A stretch of DNA of 64,000 bases from Squalus acanthias (taxonomy: Eukaryota): assembly GCA_030390025.1 (NCBI GenBank), contig CM059449.1, positions 13,640,001 to 13,704,000 on the forward strand. The letters are read 5' to 3'. The position numbers and the translations under genes are program-made. Positions 26,986 to 38,100 of this stretch are shown one piece after another. Each line of letters begins with the position of its first letter. Position 1 is the first letter of the stretch. The notes beneath the pieces are model-generated. The model did not search any database and was not told the DNA's origin. It was given only the letters and a program-made list of their open reading frames with translations.

Positions 26986-29569
26986 AGTGCGCCGACGGTT
27001 TCTTTTACTGCGCAGCACCATGAAGCTTGCTGCGTGCGCAGCTTAGAGGGAACAAATCTCATTGCTATGAAGAATAAACATGTTGCGATTTAGGCTGTAG
27101 AAATAACCGCACATGCGCATATAAATGCGGAAATCAGGACGTTGGTGTCCCGGATGCCCTGCTCCTCCAAAAGCTTCCCGAAGATGGCATCTCGCCGTCT
27201 GACTCCACATTTAAATGCATTCAACAACGTGAAGTTGCTGTACTTATCTCATAGATACAGACTAAACTCGCCAAAAAAGTTTAGGACTTGCCATTCCAGT
27301 CCGAGAACCTTTTTAACGATGTGATAACAGCCTCTCTGGCACTGAAAATTAATTTTACAAATGTGGAGTCTCATTCCTTTAAATTTTAATTATTGTTGGA
27401 GATTTAGAAAAAATAATCTTTTTTTTTACTTTTTCTTTTGGTCTCTTTTATCTTGCTCTCTTAATCCAATCTTTCTTTCCCTCTCTTTATTTCGTTTTCT
27501 GCGCCTGATTTGGCATTGAATTCAATATTCCAATTGACACTTCCTGGTTCAGACTGCACTACTCATTAACGAGTCTTCAGTCTGATTGGCTAAGGAGATG
27601 CACAGTTGCTTGACCTGTTCACACAGGCTACAGGTGCTCTGTCGAGGGCGCTGCCCTTTTTGGATGATTGGCTGACGGTAACTTGCCGTGCAGAAAGTCT
27701 ATGGGCAAGTGCAAGTCCGACCAACAGGGGGCCGCCGTTTGTTCACCGCTCACAGCAAAACTCAGCGCGGTAACTTGGCTTAGGACTAGAATTCAGCATG
27801 CTTATAATCAGTGGGCGGGATTTATGTCGAGGTGCTAATAGTTCCATGAGATATTTTACGTCCACCTGAGAGGTTTAATGTCTCATCCGAACGACGGCAC
27901 CTCAGAAAGTGCAGCACTCCCTCAGTACTGCACTGAGAGTGTCAGCCTAGATTTTTGTACTCGGCGCAGAACAGGGTTACAATATGTTAGCATCTGGTCC
28001 TTATAGCCTGCTAGACCGCATTAAGGAGGCTGCATGGCATTTTGGTGGCTAGCACTTGAGCTTGCGCCCTCTCCTAACAGCGACCAGCTGATTGGGAGTA
28101 AACTAATCGATGCAGAGGATTTCGAGCGCTACTTAAAGGTATATCACCTTTTACTATTTACCTGCTGCTGGAGGTTTGAAGCAGACGTTTGAAACAGATC
28201 GAGAGACTTTCTGGGGCACTTTGTCAAGACTTCACCAACACTCGAGCAACATTTATTCTGGAAATTCTCTGAGGACTTCACCTAAAAAGAGTAAATGCTG
28301 TGCTACTTCAGCTTGCAGGAGTCACCAGGAGAAAGGGAGTGCTGGGTCATCGGCAGCTTGCTAGGGGTCACCCTTGGTCTGCGGGAGGTATAGGAGGAGG
28401 GCATGAGGCCAGGCAGAGCAGCACCAGCTGCTGCAGGAGAGAGGGACAGGAGAGACAGGAGAGCGAGGTGGACCCCTTGCCCCCTGTGGTTACAGGGCAT
28501 CCCTCCTCCTCTGGACCTCCTCCGTCAGGTCTGCCAGTGCCACGTCCGAGAACCTGTACGCCCTCTCCCTCGTTCCCTGAGCCACCCTGAAATGTGCCAC
28601 AGTGTGTCAGCCAGCACACTCTACACCTTCAGTGGAAGTGGGTGCACCAAGCCCATATATACTGCTTCGCAAAAATTGTGTCGAATCAGCACTTGAGTGC
28701 TAAACCTGCGGGTGTCTTGTTTAGCACCTCCAGGCAAGTTCAAATTCTGGTAATCAGCAATTAGGACCCAAATTGCGTGCTAAAACCAGACTTTCAAACA
28801 GGCGTGTCTTATTAGCACAGCATCCATTCAGCGCTTCTTTACACCCTTTGAACAAAATAACCCGCAAAGAGTAGAATTTAATGGTTAAATCCAGGAAACC
28901 TTTATTTGGGTTAAACTAAATGAGCACAATCAAACATGATTATACTTATTAAAACAAGCCGTTGACAAAATCAAGAAACAAGTAACATTCTGGTGAATAT
29001 TGCTTGAAATGCGAGTTTTATTATGTAACATCGCACTGAGATATTTTGCTTCCTAAATTAATCATAAACAATTTAGTTGTTTTTTTCATCCTAAAACTAT
29101 CAAATTAACCATCAGATTAACAATTTGCAGATACAGTTTAAGACAGAATGCGCAGATATTTTAACTCTAGGCTTCTTCAAGGCGTCCACAGTGTAAATAA
29201 TTCAAATCGCCACTGGTCACATCAAGGACACAATCTATAAGTGTTAGTTGCACCCTGGTTGCATAAATTAAAGTCATGAATCGACGTTGTACCATTGCTT
29301 GTTCAACATGGGCGAGTACTCATCCTTGTACATTTTTCGCAAAATATTAGTCCTACTTCGCTTCACTTCCTTCTTTCATGGAATCAAATTAAAGAAAAGT
29401 TACAGGTTTATCAGTTGTGGGCTTATAATATATTAACGATTATACTGATAAATGTAAAGAGCATTGAACAAAATTGATTACAATCTTTGCAATTAAATCG
29501 GCTATAAATTACATTTATTCACTATTTAGTTAATAAAGGGTCAACAGTTTATTGGTCGTAATAGATAAT

Positions 29570-30315
29570 GGCCTAGGAATTGTGGTCGGAGGCATACCTC
29601 CAGATTTACGAAATTTACGAAATTACCGGCTGACGCCCAGGCTGCGAAGAGTTGCGGTCTCAGGCCTCAAGGCGGAGGGCAGTGTACTGGGTCACAGATC
29701 CCAGAGATGCAGGCAGTTCGGAAGTGTACCTGGGCTCAAGTGGGCCCGGTCCACCAATGACAAATGAGGATTCCATTGCAATCATTTACGAAGAGAATCC
29801 CCTAATGATATGCAATGGAATCCCGAAATGTAAAAATTACACAATTAACAGAATTTGAATTGTAATCATATTTACCTTCATTCCACCAAACTCAATAAAA
29901 ATTTAATTATTTGATAGTTTCACAAATCATTAAAACTGTAATCCGGGTCAATGTTTCCATAACCGCTTTTAATAAAGTATATGTGCATAATTTTGGATAT
30001 GTAAATGTGTAATTTAAGGCTTAAGTATCCCCTTACGCTGATGCAAGCAGACCCCACGCCTGCTTGCATCAACCACAAGACTTATGTGGGCAATTGCTGG
30101 CCAGTCGCTGGGAAAATAGCGCAACTCTGCGCCAGCGATACTCAGTTGTCAGCCAGTTCAGATGATCAGTCAAGGCGTACCTTGACAGATCGCAAGTTCC
30201 AGATTCCGCGTAGGTGCAAGCGCATGTGGAAATCCATAACTTGTGGGGCATGTCAAAGGGAGTACGACGGCGCACTCTGAGAGTGCGCCATGACAGACAC
30301 CACAATTTCAGGGCC
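29570..30315. mobile_element. MITE (Harbinger-like)
   Basis: TIRs ggcctaggaattgtgg and ccacaatttcagggcc, flanked by AAT on both sides. Confidence 0.6.
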
Positions 30316-31029
30316 AATCTTTCTTATACCCTGGTTAAAAAAATACCTCCTTAGTTTTGAAGTGGTTAAATTATAAGCAGCATGCTCTCCAAATGTCAAA
30401 ATGATAAATTCAGTATATAGGAAAAAATGGCTGAGACTATTACAAGAAGACAATCCGCTTGAAAGTATTGAATGACGTAATAAAATAGGAAACAAAACAT
30501 AAGAGGATTTTTGCCAATTGAAACTAAGTTTGTTGTTCTTTATGAGGAATAAATGATTCAGTGGTGAAAGTCTACAGTTGAAGGTAATCAATGACATCCT
30601 CGCTGAAGTGTTAAATTGCTGCGATTTGATGGTTAATATTATGACAGTGGTCTGGATTGGAATAATGGCTCTTCAGATCCAGGGCTGCAGCTTGGCTCCC
30701 TATATTTGCCAATGGGTATTGAATTGGCTGCTTAGTTCAGAGTTTGCCGCTGCCACAAATGAGAAAGTCAACCTTAGAAGAGTATGGTCCCTCTCGAAGG
30801 TGCTGTTAAACCCCATTGTTGGGAAACTGTAGAGGGAGCCTATCAGTGCGCATAGGCTGTGCTGCATCTCACGTGGGAGTGCTTGATTTGCATAGTGGAT
30901 GCACAAAGCGGACCTCGCTGTCCAGCTGTGCAGTCCCGAAGTAGTTACCAAAAAGTGAGCAAGAATATACAAAATAAAACCACGTGTAGTCATTTTCGGT
31001 GAATACTGGCAAATGCCTCGTTAAATAAA

Positions 31030-32030
31030 GGTGTCCCCTGGCAGCCATCTAATTAGGTTTTTGTGGTATACATCAACGATTTAGATTTCAACGTAGGCGG
31101 CATGATTAAGAAGTTTTCAGATGATTGGCCGTGTGGTTGTTGGTGAGGAATAAAGCTGCAGACTGCAGGGAGATATCAATGGACTGGTCAGGTGGGCAAA
31201 AAAAGTGGCAAATGGAATCCAATCCTGAGAAGTGTGAGGTAATGCATTTGGGAAGGCCTAACAAGGCAAGGGAATGCACAATAAATGGTAGGATACTGAG
31301 AAGTGCAGAGGATCAGAGGGACCTTGGAGTGCATGTCCACAGATCCCTGAAGGTAGCAGGACAGGTAGATAAGGTGGTTAAGAAAGCATACGGGATACTT
31401 TCCTTTATTAGCCGAGGCACAGATTATAAGAGCAGGGAGGTTATGCTTGAACTGTATAAAAAACTGGTTAGGCCACAGCTAGAGTATTGTGTACAGTTCT
31501 GGTCACCACGTTACAGGAAAGATGTGATTGCACTAGAGAGGGTACAGAGGAGATTTACGAGGATGTTGCCAGGATTGGAGAATTTTAGCTATGAGGAAAG
31601 ACGGGATAGGTTGGGGTTGTTTTCCGTGGAACAGAGGAGGCTGAGGGGAGACGTGATTGAGGTGTATAAAATTATGAGAGACCTAGATAGAGTGGATAGG
31701 GAGGACCTATTTCCCCTAGCAGTGAGGATAGCCAGGGGGCATAGATTTAGAGTAATTGGTAGAAGAATTAGAGGGGAGTTGAGGAGAACTTTTTTTACCC
31801 AAAGAGTGGTGGGGGTCTGGAACTCACTGCCTGAAAGGGTGGTAGAGGCAAACACGCTCATCACATTTAAAAAGTACTTGGATATGCATTTGAAGTGCCG
31901 TAACCTACAAGGCTACGGACCAAGAGCTGGAAAGTGGGATTAGGCTGGATAGCTCTTTTTCGGCCAGCACAGACACGATGGGCTGAATGGCCTCCTTCCG
32001 TGCTGTAAGTTTCTATGATTCTATGATGAT
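31030..32030 (+). mobile_element. CR1 LINE 3' fragment
   Basis: ORF 31125-31943 (KWQM..NPEKC, RPQLEYCVQFWSP), and a (ttctatga)n tail. Confidence 0.9.
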
Positions 32031-32125
32031 TCTAATTGCGATTAGAGGTCTTGAGAAACATATTGCTTATTAAATGGAACGTTTCTTAAATAAATAAACT
32101 TGTGTTTCTTCAATATGTTACATAC

Positions 32126-32166
32126 CTGAATGGCAATTTGAACTCCGGCGATTTATACATATCTAT
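32126..32166 (-). CDS. Possible 41-nt cytoplasmic/stop-containing exon
   Basis: cctattttacag|ATAGATATGTATAA...ATTCAG|gtatgt, with good splice signals. Gives a stop within 1-4 codons when joined to either candidate TM donor. Confidence 0.45.
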
Positions 32167-35100
32167 CTGTAAAATAGGCAGCACAGATTAGGTTTTTGTT
32201 AGTTACGAGAAAAATCAACGTAATAAGCGATCGCTTCTTGCTATAGTTTTGATACTTGTGTGTTTACAGCGGCTTTCCTTCTCATGTCAACCCTCATGCA
32301 TGGCACGGGCCTGTCTCCAGTCTCTACCGGTAAAAAAAAGAATTGACTTGGGTGCGAATATCTTAGGACAAAAGGTTGTCGCAAGTCTTACTCTTTTACC
32401 AGCTGAAAGGTCGAATAATTTAAAGTGGGCGAACCGGGCTAGATGCAATTTTCCTTGCCCCAGCACAAATCGCAACTCCAGGTATCCTGACGCAAAACCG
32501 ATGGCCAATGCCCTGATAGGTCAGCGGGACTGGCGGTCCAGGGACCACTGTTCATGGCTTATTGGTTTGCATTAAGTCCTGGTAGCCGAATTACAGGACC
32601 TGCATTTGCAATTACTTTAATAAGACAGAATTCAATTTGTTAACAGTAAAATACTCCTAATATAAAGTTACACGAAATAGCAAGTAACCGTGAGCACAAT
32701 TTACGAAACGGTACAATTTACAATGATTTTCCATTTGTTTTGAATAATTAGAATAACCGAGCTTGCAGTTTTACTTCTTAATCAAACTGCAAATGGAAAC
32801 GGTCCCATATGCCAATTGGTTTAAATTTACACTTTGGAACCGGACACCTGCCTGTTAGTTCAACTTCCTCTCGCTCTGCGATGATTGCCATAGGAGAACC
32901 TCGAGACTCGCAGAAATGCACGAGAAAAATTGTTAATAAGATGAGCAGAACAAACACTGCAAGTTTCACTCCCAGTTCAAGCAGCTGCCAAGGCAGCGAT
33001 CTCCCGCGCTTTTCCGGATGGTCCCGATCTATGTAGAAACAAACAATCACTTTCAGCAATTACTTTTTTTATCACCCGTACACTCACCTTGTTCGGAGTA
33101 GATATCTAGTTAGGTACTAATGATTCCTATTGTTACTCCATCTAGTTTGACTTGATTCCTGGCGTCGACTTTCTCTATATTTCTCAATAAAGGCAGATGT
33201 GAAGTAACCATTTAAAGCCCGGCTATTTATTTGGCCCCAGGTTTTAGATTGCTAAACTCATTCGTTTTTCGGATGAGACGTTAATCTGAGGCCCCGTCTA
33301 CCCTCCCAGCTGCTCGTAAAATATTCCATGGCCACTATTCGAAAAAGAGCAGTGTCCCTGCCAATATTTATCCCTCAACCAACATCACTAAAACAGATGA
33401 TCTGGTCATTATCACATTGCTGTTTGTGGGAGCTTGCTGTCCGCAAATTGGCTGCCGCGTTTCCTACATCACAGCAGTGAATACCCTTAGAGCAGAGAAG
33501 GTTGAGAGCAGATTTGATAGAGGTGTTCAAAATCATGAGGGGTCTGGACAGAGTAGATAGAGAGAAACTGTACCCATTGGTAGAAGCGTCGAGAACCAGA
33601 GGACACAGATTTAAAGTGATTGGCAGAAGGTCCAAAGGCGACGTGAGGAAAACCTTTTTTACACAGCGAGTGGTTAGGATCTGGAATGCATTGGCTGAGA
33701 GGGTGGTGGAGGCAGATTCAATCGTGGCTTTCAAAAGGGAATTGGATAAGTACCTGAAGGAAAGAAATTACAGGACTACGGTGAAAGGGCGGGGGAGTGG
33801 GCCTAGCTGAAGTGCTCTTAAGAACATAGAACATAAGAAATAGGAGCAGGAATAGGCCACACGGCCCCTCGAGCCTGCTCCGCCATTCAGTAAGATCATG
33901 GCTGATCATCGACCTCAACTCCACTTTCCCGCCTGATATCCATATCCCTTGATTCCACTAAAGTCCAAAAATCTATCTAACTCGGCCTTGAATATACTCA
34001 AAGACTCAGCATTCACAGCCCTCTGGGGCAGATACTTCCAAAGATTCACAACCCTCTGAGTGAAGAAATTCTTACTCATCTTAGTCTTAAATGGCCTACC
34101 CCTTATCCTGAGACTATGCCCCCTAGTTCTAGACACGCCAGCCAGGGGAAACAACCTCTCAGCATCTACCCTGTCAATCCCCTTCAGAATCTTGTATGTT
34201 TCAATGAGATCACCTCTCATTCTTCTAAACTCCAGAGAGTATAGGCCTATCCTACACAATCTCTCATCATAGGACAGCCCTCTCATCCCAGGAATCAATC
34301 TGGTGAACCCCCGTTGCACCACCTCCAAGGCAAGTATATCCTTCCTTAGATAAGGAGACCAAAACTGTGCACAGTACTCCAGGTGTGGTCTCACCAAGGC
34401 CCTGTACAATTGTAGCAAGACTTCCTTACTCTTATACTCCATGTCCTTGCAATAAAGGCCAACATACCATTTGCCTTCCTTATTGCTTGCTGTACCTGCA
34501 TGCTAGCTTCCTGTGTTTCTTACACGAGGACACCCAGATCTCTCTGAACACCAACATTTGAAAGTTTCTCACCATTTAAAAAATATTCTGCTTTTCTATT
34601 GTTCCTACCAGAGTGAATAACCTCACATTTCCCTACATTATACTCCATCTGCCACATTACTGCCCACTCACTTAGTCTCTCTATATCCCTTTGCAGACTC
34701 TTTGTGTTCTCCTCAGGGCTTATTGTCCCACCTAGCTTTGTATCATCAGCAAACTTGGATACATTACACTCGGTCCCTTCATCTAGGTCATTAATATAGA
34801 TTGTAAATAGCTGAGGCCCCAACACTGATCCTTGCGGCACCCCACTAGTTACAGCCTGCCAACCTGAAAAAGATCCGTTTATCCCTACTCGCTGTTTTCT
34901 GTCCGTTAACCAATCCTCTATCCATGCTACCAAATTACCCCCAACCCCATGAGCCCAATCTTGTGTAATAACCTTTTATGTGGCACCTTATCGAATGCCT
35001 TTTGGAAATCCAAATATACCAAATCCACTGGTTCCCCTTTATCTACCCTGCTAGTTACTTCCTCAAAAAACTCTAATAAACTCTCATAAATTTGTCAAAC

Positions 35101-38100
35101 TCTTGCAGAGAGCAGGCACGGGCTCGACGGGCCGAATGGCCTCCTTCTGCGCTGTAACCATTCCATGATTCTATGATTCTATTTCAAAAGTATGTCGTTG
35201 GCTGCAAAGCGCTTTGGGACACCATGAGGTTGCAAAGCGCGCTATATCAATGCAAACTTTATTTTTTCAAGTAGATAAACAGATTCTTGCACCCATTATT
35301 TCCTCTCTCTATATATACATATCACTAAAGTGCTTTATTTGATACACACCAATCTTACTTCCAATATCTCTCTTTTGGCTTCTGCCATTATTGTTCTTGC
35401 ATTTCTCGACTTATAATGTAACCACCTCTTCTGTAACGCTTTTCTTGTATAGATTAACATTGAGCGATAGTTGCTTCTGGATGATAAATGAACATGTTCA
35501 GAGATATGGATAGCCATGGTTACCATTAGGCCATTAAGTGCAATCAAGATTATATATTATCTACCAAATATATGCTGGCAGTGGTGGAAGCTTGTTGGGC
35601 TAATGATTTTACATGCTGGTTGGCTGCCTGCTCTACTGAACACATGGAAGCTGCCTGTCTTGTGGCACTCTTAAGTTAGTCTTCATTCAATCATTGGAAC
35701 ATCCCACCGACAGTATATCCCTTTCAGTATCAGCTTAGAAACATCTGGAAATTATTTCATAAAAGACAAGCAGTTATCCATTGTATACTGTATTAATTTG
35801 AAGTATTTAATGCATTAGGCATTTTCTAATGTTAAAAGGAGATGGAATAATTTTGGTGGGCTTATTTCTTTCTTACTTTCCTNNNNNNNNNNNNNNNNNN
35901 NNNNNNNNNNNNNNNNNNNNNNNNNNNNNNNNNNNNNNNNNNNNNNNNNNNNNNNNNNNNNNNNNNNNNNNNNNNNNNNNNNNNNNNNNNNNNNNNNNNN
36001 NNNNNNNNNNNNNNNNNNNNNNNNNNNNNNNNNNNNNNNNNNNNNNNNNNNNNNNNNNNNNNNNNNNNNNNNNNNNNNNNNNNNNNNNNNNNNNNNNNNN
36101 NNNNNNNNNNNNNNACACTCTTAATCTCATTCCCCATATAACTTACGTTTAACTGTTAATATTGTTCCTGCTCCAGTGTCTTTCCCGACGAAGAATATCT
36201 CCACCTGACAGTAATATGTGCCTGAGTCATTGTGGTTCACGTTTGTGATCGCGATAGTAGCGTGTCGATTCGCTTTGAAGGATGATCTTTCCACCTCCAT
36301 AATTCTACCCGAGTATTTTGCGGATGTATTCGACACCCTGGACTCTTCTGTTCCATCTCTTACGTCTTTGTACCAAGAGAAGGCCCCCGTGTGTTGAACG
36401 TAAGATGTGTTGTAAGTGCAGAGCAGGTGGACGGTCTCTCCCTCGGTAGCCTCAATGGAAGGTGGTGTTTGAAACACGTTGACCTTTCTGGCAGCTGAAG
36501 CTGTAACATAAATGCCCAGGGCAGTTTATGTACAAAGTGAGATAGCTCTTCCACGTCTACAACAGCTGGGATAACACAATCATGTCAAACTAGGTTCTGT
36601 TTCACCATGTACTTCGAAGATACCCGTTACCAAACGCAGCGAACGTGTTGACAAAGCTATTTCGCTCCGTATAAGGACTACTCGTGTAGGTCATTTTAAC
36701 GTGAGTGGTACTGTAACCTAACGGCAAGAAGTAGTTTCAATTGATGTTGTAGGTCTAATTAATCTATAAATATGATCAACTTAGATCTCAATCATTCAAC
36801 AAATTAGAAGCAAAATCTGTCTACCATAAACAGTTACTTTATATGATGAATATTTTCTCAGCTGCACGCTATGCCATGATATACTTCTAACTACTCTGGT
36901 ATTATCCAGACCTGCATGGTTGTAGAAGTAAGGACCACAATCCGTTAATTGCTATCACATCGTGTGAGTTCAGTTCAAGATTGTAGTCTTTGTGATGGGC
37001 TATAGGACTGTGAATGCTTGCATCTCTATATGCACAGATTGACACAGAGGTGCGGTCGTCAGAGTTAGTACAGAAGCTCCAGCAAACACAGCTGACATAT
37101 AAAACTACTTAAGTACATAAGTACATAAGAAATAGGAGCAGGAGTCGGCCATACAGCCCCTCGAGCCTGCTCCGCCATTCAATAAGATCATGGCTGATCT
37201 TCCACCTCAACTCCACTTTCCTGCACTATCCCCATATCCCTTGATTCCCCTAGAGTCCAAAAAGCTATCGATCTCAGTCTTGAATATACTCAACGACTGA
37301 GCCTCCACAGCCGTCTGGCATAGAGAATTCCAAAGATTCACAACCCTGCGATTGAAGAAATTCCTCCTCATCTCAGTCCTAAATGGCCGACCCCTTATCC
37401 TGAGACTATGCCCCCTAGTTCTAGACACTCCAGCCAGGGGAAACAACCTCTCAGCATCTACCCTGTCAATCCCCTTCAGAATCCTGTATGTTTCAATGAG
37501 ATCACCTCTCATTCTTCTAAACTCCAGAGAGTATAGGCCCAATCTACACAATCTCTCATCATAGGTCAGCCCTCTCATCCCAGGAATCAATCTAGTGAAC
37601 CTCTGTTGCACCACCTCCAAGGCAAGTATATCCTTCCTTAGATAAGGAGACCAAAACTGTGCACAGTACTCCAGGTGTGGTCTCACCAAGGCCCTGTACA
37701 ATTGTAGCAAGACTTCCTTACTCTTATACTCCATGTCCTTGCAATAAAGGCCAACATACCATTTGCCTTCCTTATTGCTTGCTGTACCTGCATGCTAGCT
37801 TCCTGTGTTTCTTACACGAGGACACCCAGATCTCTCTGAACACCAACATTTGAAAGTTTCTCACCATTTAAAAAATATTCTGCTTTTCTATTGTTCCTAC
37901 CAGAGTGAATAACCTCACATTTCCCTACATTATACTCCATCTGCCACATTACTGCCCACTCACTTAGTCTCTCTATATCCCTTTGCAGACTCTTTGTGTT
38001 CTCCTCAGAGCTTATTGTCCCACCTAGCTTTGTATCATCAGCAAACTTGGATACATTACACTCGGTCCATTCATCTAGGTCATTAATATAGATTGTAAAT

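Noticed and set aside
32191-32199. RSS nonamer GGTTTTTGT
   Set aside because: No heptamer at 12 or 23 nt spacing.
35829-36152. ORFs spanning the N runs (also 39066-39294)
   Set aside because: Artefacts of translating assembly gaps.
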